A stretch of DNA of 48,210 nt from Thermoplasmata archaeon. GTDB lineage: Archaea > Thermoplasmatota > Thermoplasmata > Lutacidiplasmatales > UBA184. This document shows positions 8,418 through 17,266 of this stretch, piece by piece; within the stretch, counting starts at the first letter, position 1; each line of letters begins with the position of its first letter. The position numbers and the translations under genes were made by a program. Below the pieces are notes generated by a model, which worked only from the letters and a program-made list of their open reading frames with translations, did not search any database and was not told the origin of the DNA. The stretch is from contig JBAIXP010000091.1 in assembly GCA_037916495.1 (NCBI GenBank), positions 1 to 48,210 on the forward strand. Reading direction: 5' to 3'.

Positions 8418-9212
8418 GTGCAGGTTCATATCGGAACCCTGGCTCGCGCGGGCGCCGTGAGGAGCGTCACGCTCGAGTTCCGCACCGACGACCTCGTCGC
8501 GCTCGGCGTCGTTCCGCCCCGTCTCTTCGAGCGCTACGAGGAGGTCGAGCTGCTCGAGACGCTGAGCCTGGACGAAGGCTCGCGACTTGAGCTCCTTCGG
8601 CTCCGACGGCGCGGGCCGGTGCGCGACGCCGCGGAGCTCGCGCACGAGGCGCGGCGGATCCGGGCCCTCTACGGGCTCGAGCGGTTCGAGGTCGTGGAGG
8701 TCCGCCCGCGCACGCGCGACTACATCCTCCTCGTCCGTCAGCGCAACCCGGACCGCCTGCGCCGCTACCTTTCGGCTGCCGCCGGCGAGGTGAGCCCCGC
8801 CGCGCCGTTCCTCCTCTCGGAGGAGCGGACGGTCGCGACGTTCCTCGGCGAGGAGAAGGCGATCCAGCGGGTCGTCGCCCGGCTCGACCGGGAACAGTTC
8901 CCGTACCGGGTCGTCCGGGCGAGCCCCCGGCCGCACCCGGCCGCTCGGCCGGACGCCGAGCTCACCGACCTCCAGGGCCAGCTGCTCGCCCGTGCCTGGT
9001 TCCTCGGCTACTACGCGATCCCTCGGCGCGCGACGCTCCATAGGCTCGCGAAGGCCTCCGGCCGCAGCGCTCCCGCGTTCGGCAAGGTGCTACGGCGGGC
9101 CGAGGAGCGGCTGGTCGCCCGTTGGCTCGCGGCCCACGGTCAAATCTCCGACGTGCCTTCCCCCGCCCGGGGCCGTCGGGTGCGGGCGCCGGGGGCGGTG
9201 GCAGGTCGCTAG
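8418..9212 (+). CDS. HTH_10 (bacterio-opsin activator Bat-type C-terminal HTH) family transcription regulator
   Basis: The C-terminus LTDLQGQLLARAWFLGYYAIPRRATLHRLAKASGRSAPAFGKVLRRAEERLVARWL matches the HTH_10 pattern. The upstream part of the 441-aa ORF is antisense to ubiD. The GTG 8418 start is uncertain (alternative GTG 8457). Confidence 0.7.
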   Translation: MQVHIGTLARAGAVRSVTLEFRTDDLVALGVVPPRLFERYEEVELLETLSLDEGSRLELLRLRRRGPVRDAAELAHEARRIRALYGLERFEVVEVRPRTRDYILLVRQRNPDRLRRYLSAAAGEVSPAAPFLLSEERTVATFLGEEKAIQRVVARLDREQFPYRVVRASPRPHPAARPDAELTDLQGQLLARAWFLGYYAIPRRATLHRLAKASGRSAPAFGKVLRRAEERLVARWLAAHGQISDVPSPARGRRVRAPGAVAGR

Positions 9213-9216
9213 GTCG

Positions 9217-9660
9217 ATGAGGGGTCGTGTGCTCTCGGTGGCGTTCGAGCCGGTGGACGGCGTACCGAACGCCCGCGTCCCGACCCGGGCGACCTCGGGC
9301 TCGGCGTGCTACGACCTCTTCGCCGTCGAGCCGACGACGATCGAGAACGGTGCGGTGACGCTCGTCCGTACCGGGCTCAAGATGCGAAGCCCGCCCGGTA
9401 CGTTCCTCGAGGTTCGCCCGAGGAGCGGGCTCTCCTCGAAGGGGGTCGTGATGGTGAACGCCCCCGGGACGGTCGACCGGGACTACCCCGGCGAGGTCTT
9501 CGTCCCGCTCACCTACCTCTTTGGCGGCAGCTACCGGCTCGAGGCCGGCGACCGCATCGCCCAGGTCCGGCTCGTCCGGGATACCCCGGCCCGCTTCCGG
9601 AAGGGGCGCGTCCGCCCCACGACCCGCCGCCGCGGTGGGTTCGGAAGCACCGGCCGCTAA
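9217..9660 (+). CDS. dut: dUTP diphosphatase (trimeric dUTPase)
   Basis: ATG at 9217. Motifs GSACYDL, GTVDRDYPGEV and the C-terminal RRGGFGSTG. Confidence 0.85.
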   Translation: MRGRVLSVAFEPVDGVPNARVPTRATSGSACYDLFAVEPTTIENGAVTLVRTGLKMRSPPGTFLEVRPRSGLSSKGVVMVNAPGTVDRDYPGEVFVPLTYLFGGSYRLEAGDRIAQVRLVRDTPARFRKGRVRPTTRRRGGFGSTGR

Positions 9661-9663
9661 GGA

Positions 9664-11268
9664 TCAGGGGAACTCGGAGAGGAGCCGCTGGACGCTCCGC
9701 GCTGGCGGGGCGGACGGGAGGAGCCCCTTGTGCGCCTCCGCCTCGACCTTCTCGAGCATCGTGCGCATCCGTCGCTCGCGGGCGAAGGCGGCCCGGTGCA
9801 GCCCGACGTCGCGCGTCCCCTCGGCGACCAGGACGACCGCGCGACCGGCGCGGGCCCGGCCGGTCCGCCCCCTCCGCTGGATCGTGCGGATCACGTCGGG
9901 GATGGGCTCGTAGAAGACGACGAGGTCCGTCGCCGGGATGTCGAGGCCCTCCTCGGCGACCGACGTCGCGACCAGGACGTTCAGGTCGCCGGCGCGGAAC
10001 CGGTCGAGGAGGCCGACCTGCTCCTTCTGGGAAAGCCCCGCGTCGGCCCCGTGGGACGCCTGGCCGACGAACCGGCTCGGCCGGACCGTCGGGTCGCCGA
10101 GCGCCCCTATCTCCTCCACCAGGCGGTCGACCGTATCCCGGTACTGGGAGAAGACAAGGACCCGGGCGGCGGGGTTCCTGTGGAGCTCGTCGCGCACGAG
10201 GCCGACCGCCGTCGCGACCTTCGGGTGCTCGAGCTCGAGCGTCGCGAGGCGGCGCACGGTCTCCTCCACGTCGGGGTCTGAGAGAAACGCGCGTTGGGAC
10301 GGCGTGGAGCGGTGTCCCGGGACGGGGGTCTGACGGCGGAGGAACTCGCGGAGCGCTTCCACGCCCTGGCTTTCGATGAGCTCGAGCGCGTGGAAGCCTT
10401 TCATCGCGACCGCCTGGGCCGTCACCGCCTGCCAGAGGAGAGGCGGACCCGAACCGCCCCGTGCGCGCTCCGACTCGATCTCGCGATGGAGCCGGCGGCC
10501 GACCTCGAGGACCGCGCGCCGGCCGGACTCGTGCTCGGAGAGGACGGAAAGCCGGCGCAGCGTATCGGACGCCCGCGCGACGGTCGCCCGCAACAGGACC
10601 GCGAGGTGCTGGACCTCGGGCGGGACGGGGACCGTCACGGTCTCGACCCCGATCCCGTGGAGGTACGGGGCGACGTCCGGGCTCTCTTCGGTCCGGTACT
10701 CGAACCGCTCGATCCCGAGGCTCGTCCAGACCTGTTGGATCCGTGCGAGACTCCCTCCCGGAGAGGCGGTCATCGCAAGGACCCGGGCGCGGGGCCCGTC
10801 GCGGTTGCGCTGGCCGACCGCGACGTACGGGTAGTCCCCCACCGCCCGGTGGGCCTCGTCGAAGACGATCAGCGAGAAGCTCTCGAGCGGGAAGAGGCCC
10901 TGCTCGAGGTCGTTGGCCACGACCTGCGGGGTCGCGAGGACGACCTGCGGAGGGGAGAGCAGCGCGGTGCGCTTCGCGGGCGGCACCGAGCCGGTGAGGA
11001 CGAGCGGCTCGGGGACGAACAGGGCGGCGGCCACGGAGCGGGCGTGCTGCACGACCAGCGGGCGCGTCGGGGCCATGAGGAGGACCGACCGGGTCGGTTC
11101 CCGGAGCAGGTACTCCGCCGCCACCCGCAGGGCGATCGACGTCTTGCCGAGCCCGGTCGGGAGGACGACCAGGGTGTTGTGGTCGATCGCGGTCTCGGCG
11201 ATCGAGCGCTGGTACGCCCGTTCCTCGATCGTGCCCGGGCGGATCCGGGGGTGCTCTACGGTCCCCAT
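9664..11268 (-). CDS. hef: Hef/FANCM-like DEAD/DEAH-box helicase (helicase module only, no ERCC4 nuclease domain)
   Basis: ATG at 11268 (MGTVEHPRIRPGTIEERAYQ). Walker A LPTGLGKT, DEAH box VFDEAH, motif VATSVAEEGLDIP, QRRGRTGR. The protein ends about 60 aa after motif VI. Confidence 0.8.
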   Translation of the reverse strand: MGTVEHPRIRPGTIEERAYQRSIAETAIDHNTLVVLPTGLGKTSIALRVAAEYLLREPTRSVLLMAPTRPLVVQHARSVAAALFVPEPLVLTGSVPPAKRTALLSPPQVVLATPQVVANDLEQGLFPLESFSLIVFDEAHRAVGDYPYVAVGQRNRDGPRARVLAMTASPGGSLARIQQVWTSLGIERFEYRTEESPDVAPYLHGIGVETVTVPVPPEVQHLAVLLRATVARASDTLRRLSVLSEHESGRRAVLEVGRRLHREIESERARGGSGPPLLWQAVTAQAVAMKGFHALELIESQGVEALREFLRRQTPVPGHRSTPSQRAFLSDPDVEETVRRLATLELEHPKVATAVGLVRDELHRNPAARVLVFSQYRDTVDRLVEEIGALGDPTVRPSRFVGQASHGADAGLSQKEQVGLLDRFRAGDLNVLVATSVAEEGLDIPATDLVVFYEPIPDVIRTIQRRGRTGRARAGRAVVLVAEGTRDVGLHRAAFARERRMRTMLEKVEAEAHKGLLPSAPPARSVQRLLSEFP

Positions 11269-11302
11269 CGAACCACGGCGGCCGGGTCGATGCGGCCGGT
11301 CC

Positions 11303-11308
11303 TTTAAG
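11303..11308. promoter_or_regulatory. TTTAAG TATA-like box in the 64-bp divergent hef / GT2 intergenic region
   Basis: Lies 25 nt upstream of the GT2 ATG (11333), which would imply a leaderless mRNA. It is the only AT-rich element in the spacer. Confidence 0.3.
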
Positions 11309-11332
11309 AGGCCGAGGCCCCCGGGTCGCACG

Positions 11333-12490
11333 ATGCTCCTTGCCCTCGAAGCGGGGGTGCTGGTCGCGGGGGTCCTCGCCCTCCTCTTCCACGGGGTTGC
11401 GCTCTACCTCGCGCGGGCCATGCCTCGCCTCGACCCGCTCCCCGCGGCCGCTCCGGCCGGCCCCGTCGAGACCGTGAGCGTCGTGATCGCCGCGCGGGAC
11501 GAGGAGCTCGACCTCGCCGCCTGCCTCGACTCCGTCCTCGCTCAGGACTATCCCCGACTCGAGGTCGTGGTGGTCGAGGGAGGCTCCGAGGACCGGACCC
11601 GCGAGGTCGCCGAGCGACGCGCGCCGGCGGTGCGGCTCGTGGACGAACCGCCCCTCCCCACGGGCTGGGTCGGCAAGAACTGGGCCTGCTGGACCGGGGC
11701 TCGGGCGACCTCGGGCTCGCACCTCCTTTTCCTGGACGCGGACGTCCGCCTCCATCCGGCGGCGGTCCGGACGACCCTCGCGTGGGCGAAGCGCGAAGGG
11801 GCCTCGCTCGCCACGCTCGCCCCCCGCGTCGAGATGGTCGGCTTCTGGGAGCGGACGGTCCTCCCGTTCTACGTCCAGATGGTGCTCACCTACTTCCGCG
11901 CGCCCCGGGTGAACCGCGACCGCTCCAGGACCGCGATGGCGAACGGGCAGTACTGGCTCGTCTCCCGCGCCGACTACGAGGAGCTCGGGGGACACGAGGC
12001 GGTCCGGGGCATGGTCCTCGAGGACGTGGCGATCGCCCGCCGGTTCCGCCTCGCCGGTAAGCGCCTCCGGGTTGCCTGGGCCCCGGAGCTCGCCACCACC
12101 CGGATGTACCGCGACCGCCGGGAGATGTTCGAGGGGATTCTGAAGAACCTCCACGGGACGGACTTTTCGGCCGCCCGCCAACTGGGCTTCCTCGCCGGGC
12201 TGGTGGGCCTGTTCTGGCTGCCGCTCGGCGTTCTCCCGCTCGGGCTCGCCGCGGGCTCGCTACCGGTCGTCGCGCTCGGCGCCGTCCTCTGGCTCGCCCT
12301 GTTCGGCAAGCACGCGGCGTTCGCGCACGCGGTGGGGGCCCCCGCCCGGTACGGCCTGCTCTACCCGCTCGCCACCGGGTTCTACGTCGTGGCGGTCGCC
12401 ACCTCCCTCGGCCGCGGGCTCCGTCGCGGGGCGGTCACCTGGAAGGGCCGGTCGTACGCGGTGAGCCATCCCGGCGGGCCGAAGGGATAA
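11333..12490 (+). CDS. Family 2 glycosyltransferase with C-terminal transmembrane helices (CrtQ/HpnB-like architecture)
   Basis: ATG at 11333. N-terminal TM helix, VSVVIAARDEE, QDYP..EVVVVEGGSEDRT, LFLDADV, NGQYWLVSRADYEELGGHE...EDVAIA, then hydrophobic C-terminal helices. Confidence 0.75.
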   Translation: MLLALEAGVLVAGVLALLFHGVALYLARAMPRLDPLPAAAPAGPVETVSVVIAARDEELDLAACLDSVLAQDYPRLEVVVVEGGSEDRTREVAERRAPAVRLVDEPPLPTGWVGKNWACWTGARATSGSHLLFLDADVRLHPAAVRTTLAWAKREGASLATLAPRVEMVGFWERTVLPFYVQMVLTYFRAPRVNRDRSRTAMANGQYWLVSRADYEELGGHEAVRGMVLEDVAIARRFRLAGKRLRVAWAPELATTRMYRDRREMFEGILKNLHGTDFSAARQLGFLAGLVGLFWLPLGVLPLGLAAGSLPVVALGAVLWLALFGKHAAFAHAVGAPARYGLLYPLATGFYVVAVATSLGRGLRRGAVTWKGRSYAVSHPGGPKG

Positions 12491-12515
12491 GTTGCCGGTC
12501 GACTCCGGGCAGCGG

Positions 12516-13988
12516 ATGGCGACGGAAGCACGGTTCGGCCTGGTGATCGGCGGCCGGGAATCCGGCGGAGAGCGTTCGGAGTACCGGCCGGTCGTCGACC
12601 CGGCGACCAACCAGCCGTTCGCCGAGGCGGCGGTCGGGTCGGTCGACGACGGACACGCCGCGATGGAGGCCGCGGACCGGGCGTACCGGGAATCGTGGTG
12701 GGCGACCGACGACGGAGGCCGGCGGGGAAAGACGCTCTTCCGTCTCGCCCAGCTGCTCGAGCAGCGGCGCGAGGAGTTCGCGCTCCTCGAGACGCGGAAC
12801 ATGGGCAAGACCCTCCGCGAGTCGGGCTCGGACATCGGCTACGTGGTTCGGACCCTCGAGTACGTCGCGGGCCTCGCCGACAAGATCCAGGGCGAGACGA
12901 TCCCGGTCGTGGCGAGCCGGTTCGACTACACCGTCCGCGAGCCGCTCGGGGTCACGGTCCACATCGCTCCGTGGAACTACCCTCTCCTCCTCGCGATGCG
13001 GTCGGTCGCCCCGGCGCTCGCGGCCGGCAACGCGGCGGTCCTGAAGCCGGCGAGCCTCACCCCCCTCACCGCCCTCGCCCTGGGCCGGCTCGCTTCCGAG
13101 GCCGGGATCCCCGAGGGGATCCTCAACGTCGTCGCAGGGCCGGGCGGCGAGCTCGGCGAGGCGCTGATCCGCGACCCGCGGTGCCGCTCGGTCTCGTTCA
13201 CGGGAAGCCTCGAGGTGGGCCGGCGCATCGCGGGGCTCGCGGCCGAGAGCACGCTTCCCGCGACGCTCGAGCTCGGGGGCAAGAGCCCTGTGATCGTCCT
13301 TGCGGACGCCGACATCGAGCGGGCCGCCCGGGGGGTCGTCCAGGGGATCTTCGGCAACGCGGGCCAGATGTGCTGGGCCGCCTCCCGCCTGCTCGTCCAC
13401 GAGAGCGTCCGCGCGCCGCTCCTGGAGAAGGTGCGCTCGCTCGCCGAGGCGCTCAAGGTCGGTCCGGGAACGCAGGAGGGGATCGAGATGGGTCCCCTGG
13501 TCTCACCGGAGCAGGAGCGTCGGGTCCTCGATTTCGTGGCCGCCTCGCGCTCCGACGGCGGCACGGTCCTCACCGGCGGACGAAAGCCCGAGGACGCCCA
13601 CCTCTCCCGAGGGAACTTCGTCCTTCCCACCGTCGTGGCCGACCTCCCCCAGGACTCCCGGGTCGTGCGCGAGGAGATCTTCGGTCCGGTGCTCGCCGTG
13701 AGTGCCTTCACTGAACTTGACGACGCCGTCCGTCTTGCCAACGACACCCGCTACGGCCTCTTCGCGTCGGTCTGGACGAAGGACCTCGCGAGCGCGCACA
13801 CCCTCGCGCGGAGGCTCGACGCCGGGATGGTCAACATCAACGACCCACCGACGTCGTTCCCCCAGACCCCGTTCGGGGGGTTCAAGGAGAGCGGGATCGG
13901 CTTCGAGCAGGGGGCGAAGGTCGTCGAGAACTACACGCGACGCAAGAACGTCTTAGTGAACCTCGGCGGGCCCCGCAAGAAGAAGTGA
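12516..13988 (+). CDS. NAD(P)-dependent aldehyde dehydrogenase
   Basis: ALDH motifs ELGGKSP (catalytic Glu) and GQMCWAASR (catalytic Cys), FTGS, EEIFGPV. First ATG at 12516 (a TTG at 12492 is also possible). Confidence 0.85.
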   Translation: MATEARFGLVIGGRESGGERSEYRPVVDPATNQPFAEAAVGSVDDGHAAMEAADRAYRESWWATDDGGRRGKTLFRLAQLLEQRREEFALLETRNMGKTLRESGSDIGYVVRTLEYVAGLADKIQGETIPVVASRFDYTVREPLGVTVHIAPWNYPLLLAMRSVAPALAAGNAAVLKPASLTPLTALALGRLASEAGIPEGILNVVAGPGGELGEALIRDPRCRSVSFTGSLEVGRRIAGLAAESTLPATLELGGKSPVIVLADADIERAARGVVQGIFGNAGQMCWAASRLLVHESVRAPLLEKVRSLAEALKVGPGTQEGIEMGPLVSPEQERRVLDFVAASRSDGGTVLTGGRKPEDAHLSRGNFVLPTVVADLPQDSRVVREEIFGPVLAVSAFTELDDAVRLANDTRYGLFASVWTKDLASAHTLARRLDAGMVNINDPPTSFPQTPFGGFKESGIGFEQGAKVVENYTRRKNVLVNLGGPRKKK

Positions 13989-14074
13989 GCCGGCGGACCC
14001 CGAGCGGGGGTGCCGTCCCGCCCGGTCGTTCGTACGAAACCGCCTAAGAAGGCCCCCCCGCTCGTCCGGTCGGC

Positions 14075-14689
14075 ATGGCGACGGGGACTTCGGTGTGGGG
14101 GCGCTGCACGACGTGCGGGGCCGCGACGCCCCCGGACGCTCCCCGCTGCGCGCTCTGCGGCGCGGGCCACCCGTTGCGCGCCGCCGAGCTCGACCGCGCT
14201 CCCGCGCGCGTGCGACGCCGCCTCCGTCTCACCAGCGCCGTCCGGATCGCGGTGGTCGTCGGGATCGTGGTCGCGCTCGCGGCCGCCCTCGTCCCCGACG
14301 CGCTCAGCGGACCGCCGGCCGTCTCGGACCCGCTCACCACGTCGGCGAGCTACGCCCTCGCCCCGGGGGGCTCCACGGCGATCTCGGGCGAGATCACCGG
14401 CGGCGACTACGTCCTCGGCAACTACAGCGCCGTGACGCCGCTCGGCGCGAACGTCGTCGTGGCCGTGTACAACGCGTCGGGCTGGATCGCCTTCGAGCAC
14501 GGAGGTCCGTCCACGCCCGTCTGGTCGCTACCGGCCCAGCCGTCGGGAAGGATCGTCTTCTCCTCCACCTACACGGACACCTACGCGATCGTCGTCAGCA
14601 ACCCGTACCCGGTCGGGAGCGGGGTGTCGGTGACGGTCTGGCTCTCGACCCAGTACGAATCGAACGTGGCGAACGACGGGTTCGGCTAG
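14075..14689 (+). CDS. Hypothetical membrane protein: N-terminal zinc ribbon, one TM helix, extracytoplasmic beta-rich domain
   Basis: CTTCG-x12-CALCG, then AVRIAVVVGIVVALAAALV, then a ~120-aa domain with sequons (NYS, NAS). High GC3. Confidence 0.6.
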   Translation: MATGTSVWGRCTTCGAATPPDAPRCALCGAGHPLRAAELDRAPARVRRRLRLTSAVRIAVVVGIVVALAAALVPDALSGPPAVSDPLTTSASYALAPGGSTAISGEITGGDYVLGNYSAVTPLGANVVVAVYNASGWIAFEHGGPSTPVWSLPAQPSGRIVFSSTYTDTYAIVVSNPYPVGSGVSVTVWLSTQYESNVANDGFG

Positions 14690-14693
14690 CGCC

Positions 14694-15374
14694 TCACGCC
14701 TCGGAAGGTCCCGCCGGAGCGTCCGCCTCGGGCGCGGGGGGCGTCTCGACCTGCCGGAGGAGCTCGGCCGGAACGCGGTCGGCCAGGTAGACCGTCTTTC
14801 CCGCCTGCATGATCACGATCCCCTGCTCGCGCGCCTTCTGGGTGTCGACCTCGAGGATGATCGGCTCGGGGGTGCGTACTCGCCCGGCTGCGGCGGCGTC
14901 CGCGGCGGTCTTCGACAGGTGGACCTTCCGACGGTCGGAGGGCCGCAGCCCGACCTCGAGGACGATCGTCGCCTCCTCGCGGGTCACGGGGTAGTACAGG
15001 TGGTCCGGGATCCCCTCGGTCGGCAGGTCGAGGTCGACCTCGAGGGTGTGGCCGTACGTCGCCCGGACCTTCTCGCCCCGGACCTCGTAGCGGCCCTTCG
15101 CGTCCGTCTCCGCGATCGCGACCAGGTGGTGCGGACGGAGCCACCGGTAGGCCGGGTGGCGCTGGGCGATCGCCCGTGCGATCTCGTTGAGGTCGATCCA
15201 GCCGTGCGCGTCGACCTGCAGGCCGTAGCGGTCGGGGAAGTGGCGGAGCACGCCGGTGAGGATCCGACCGAGGTGGTCGAGCTCCCGGTCGTTCATCAAA
15301 AAGCGCGAGGGTTGGCCGCAGACCGGGCAGACCTCGGCCCGGAAGTAGCCGTGCTGGGTGCACTCCTTGAGCAT
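14694..15374 (-). CDS. kptA: RNA 2'-phosphotransferase Tpt1/KptA with N-terminal C-H-C-C zinc-finger extension
   Basis: ATG at 15374 (MLKECTQHGYFRAEVCPVCG). Tpt1 core LGRILTGVLRHFPDRYGLQVDAHGWIDL...ATYGHT...VHLS. Confidence 0.8.
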   Translation of the reverse strand: MLKECTQHGYFRAEVCPVCGQPSRFLMNDRELDHLGRILTGVLRHFPDRYGLQVDAHGWIDLNEIARAIAQRHPAYRWLRPHHLVAIAETDAKGRYEVRGEKVRATYGHTLEVDLDLPTEGIPDHLYYPVTREEATIVLEVGLRPSDRRKVHLSKTAADAAAAGRVRTPEPIILEVDTQKAREQGIVIMQAGKTVYLADRVPAELLRQVETPPAPEADAPAGPSEA

Positions 15375-15394
15375 CGTACGGTGCGGCGGGAACT

Positions 15395-15682
15395 CTAGGC
15401 CTTGACCTTCTCGGCCTTCTTCTCGAAGTCGGTGAGAAGGTCCCCGTAGAGGTCGGTGAGGTCCTTGAGGACGCGCTTGAGGACCTGCTGGGGCTTCTCG
15501 CCCTTCGTCTTCAGGAAGAGCGCCGGGCGGTCGAGGTACGGGTGACCGAGGAAGTAGCGGGCCTCCACGACCTTCTCCTCCTTCTGGAGGGCCTCGACGA
15601 GCGGGACAAGGAGCGTCTCCTCCCCCTTCGGAAGCTCCACCCTGAGGAGGTCGTGTTCCTTCTCGACCACGCGGAGATCCAT
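15395..15682 (-). CDS. rpoL: DNA-directed RNA polymerase subunit L (Rpo11)
   Basis: 95 aa. EKEHDLLRVELPKGEETLLVPLVEALQKEEKVVEARYFLGHPYLDRPALFLKT fits the RpoL/Rpo11 pattern. Confidence 0.75.
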   Translation of the reverse strand: MDLRVVEKEHDLLRVELPKGEETLLVPLVEALQKEEKVVEARYFLGHPYLDRPALFLKTKGEKPQQVLKRVLKDLTDLYGDLLTDFEKKAEKVKA

Positions 15683-15835
15683 GCGGCCTCGGGAGCCGGG
15701 CCACCTGGCCTTGCTTCTTAAAGGTGGCGGGCGCGCGACGGCGGTCCTTCTCGGTCCGGGGCGGGCGCGGGGCCCGCCGGGCCCGCCCGCGCCGCCGGGC
15801 CTTTATCCTCGCCGCGCTCCGCGGGTCGAAGACCG

Positions 15836-17239
15836 ATGCGCTGGCTCGTGGTAGGCGGCGGCGCCCGGGAGCACGCCCTTGCGCGGACGCTCTCGCTGGC
15901 GGGCGCGGAGATCGTGGTCGCGAGCTCGAACGCGAACCCGGGACTCGAGCGGCTCGCCGTCGCGTCCGAGCGCGTGGCGCCGACCCGCCCCGAGGCGGTG
16001 GTCGCGTTCGCGCACCGCGCGCGGGCCGAGGCGGCCGTGATCGGTCCCGAGGCCCCTCTTGCCGCGGGGGTCGCGGACGCCCTGCGGGCCGCCGGTCTCG
16101 CGGTCGTGGGGCCCGGGAAGGACGCCGCCCGCCTCGAAACGAGCAAGGCGTTCTGCCGGGAGTTCCTCGCGCGGCACAAGATCGAGGGCCAGCCGAAGTT
16201 CCTCCTCCCGAAGACCCCGGACGAGGTCGACCGCGCGGTGCGGGAGATCGGCGGGCCGTTCGTCGTGAAGCCGAGCGGCCTCACCTCCGGCAAGGGGGTC
16301 TGGGTCCAGGGGTCGGACTTCGCCGACCCGAAGGACGGCGCCGCCTACGCGAAGTCGCTCCTCGTTCAGTCCGAGCCGGCGATCCTCGAGGAGAAGCTCG
16401 ACGGCGAGGAGTTCAGCCTGATGGCGTTCGTCACCGACTCGGGCGTCTACCCGATGCCCGCCGTCCAGGATTTCAAACGCGCCCTCGAGGGCGACCAGGG
16501 CGGCAACACGGGCGGGATGGGGGCCTACTCCCAGCGCGACCACCTCCTCCCGTTCCTGTCGCCCGACGCCCGGGACGCCGCCCTCCGCGTCCTCACGCGC
16601 ACCGCGGAGGCGCTACGCGCGGACGGGCTTGCCTACCGTGGGATCCTCTACGGCGGCTTCTTGCTCACGGCCCACGGCCCGCGGCTCCTCGAGTTCAACG
16701 TCCGTTTCGGCGACCCGGAGGGGATCAACGTCCTCACCCTCTACGAGGAGGGCGACTTCTCCGACCTTCTCCTCGGCGTCGCGCACGGGCGCGTCGACCC
16801 GAACCTCGTGAGGTTCCGCCTCCGCGCGAGCGTGCTCAAGTACCTCGTGCCGCCCGGCTACGGGAGCCAGCCGAAGGCCGGCGGCATCCTCGCGCTGGAC
16901 GAGCCGGCGATCGAGGACGACGGGGTCCACGTCCTCTTCGGCGCTGTCGAGTCGCGCGGGCCCGGGATGGTCGAGCTGTCGACATCGCGGGGGATCGCGC
17001 TGATCGGCGAGGCGAGCGCCGTGCACGAGGCCGGGGCCCGGGTCGAGAGCGCGTTGCGCCACGTCTCGGGCGACTTCTACGTCCGCCACGACATCGGCAC
17101 GAAGGAGGACCTCGCGCGCCGCACCGAGCACATGCGGAGCCTCCTCGTTCCCGGGGCGAAGGCGTCGCCGCTCCCGCTCAGCGTCGCGGCGCCGGACGCT
17201 CCGGCGTCCAGCGCGGCGCCGCTCGAGCAGCGGAGCTGA
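15836..17239 (+). CDS. purD: Phosphoribosylamine-glycine ligase
   Basis: MRWLVVGGGAREHAL..., ATP-grasp core, GGNTGGMGAY, YGGFLLT..GPRLLEFNVRFGDPE. Confidence 0.9.
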   Translation: MRWLVVGGGAREHALARTLSLAGAEIVVASSNANPGLERLAVASERVAPTRPEAVVAFAHRARAEAAVIGPEAPLAAGVADALRAAGLAVVGPGKDAARLETSKAFCREFLARHKIEGQPKFLLPKTPDEVDRAVREIGGPFVVKPSGLTSGKGVWVQGSDFADPKDGAAYAKSLLVQSEPAILEEKLDGEEFSLMAFVTDSGVYPMPAVQDFKRALEGDQGGNTGGMGAYSQRDHLLPFLSPDARDAALRVLTRTAEALRADGLAYRGILYGGFLLTAHGPRLLEFNVRFGDPEGINVLTLYEEGDFSDLLLGVAHGRVDPNLVRFRLRASVLKYLVPPGYGSQPKAGGILALDEPAIEDDGVHVLFGAVESRGPGMVELSTSRGIALIGEASAVHEAGARVESALRHVSGDFYVRHDIGTKEDLARRTEHMRSLLVPGAKASPLPLSVAAPDAPASSAAPLEQRS

Positions 17240-17266
17240 GGATCGGGACGGAGGGATCGAGGACCC

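Noticed and set aside
9509-12181. 890-aa minus-strand ORF spanning dut, hef and the GT2 gene
   Set aside because: It is out of frame or antisense relative to genes with clear catalytic motifs. Its R/P/G-rich low-complexity translation is a high-GC artefact.
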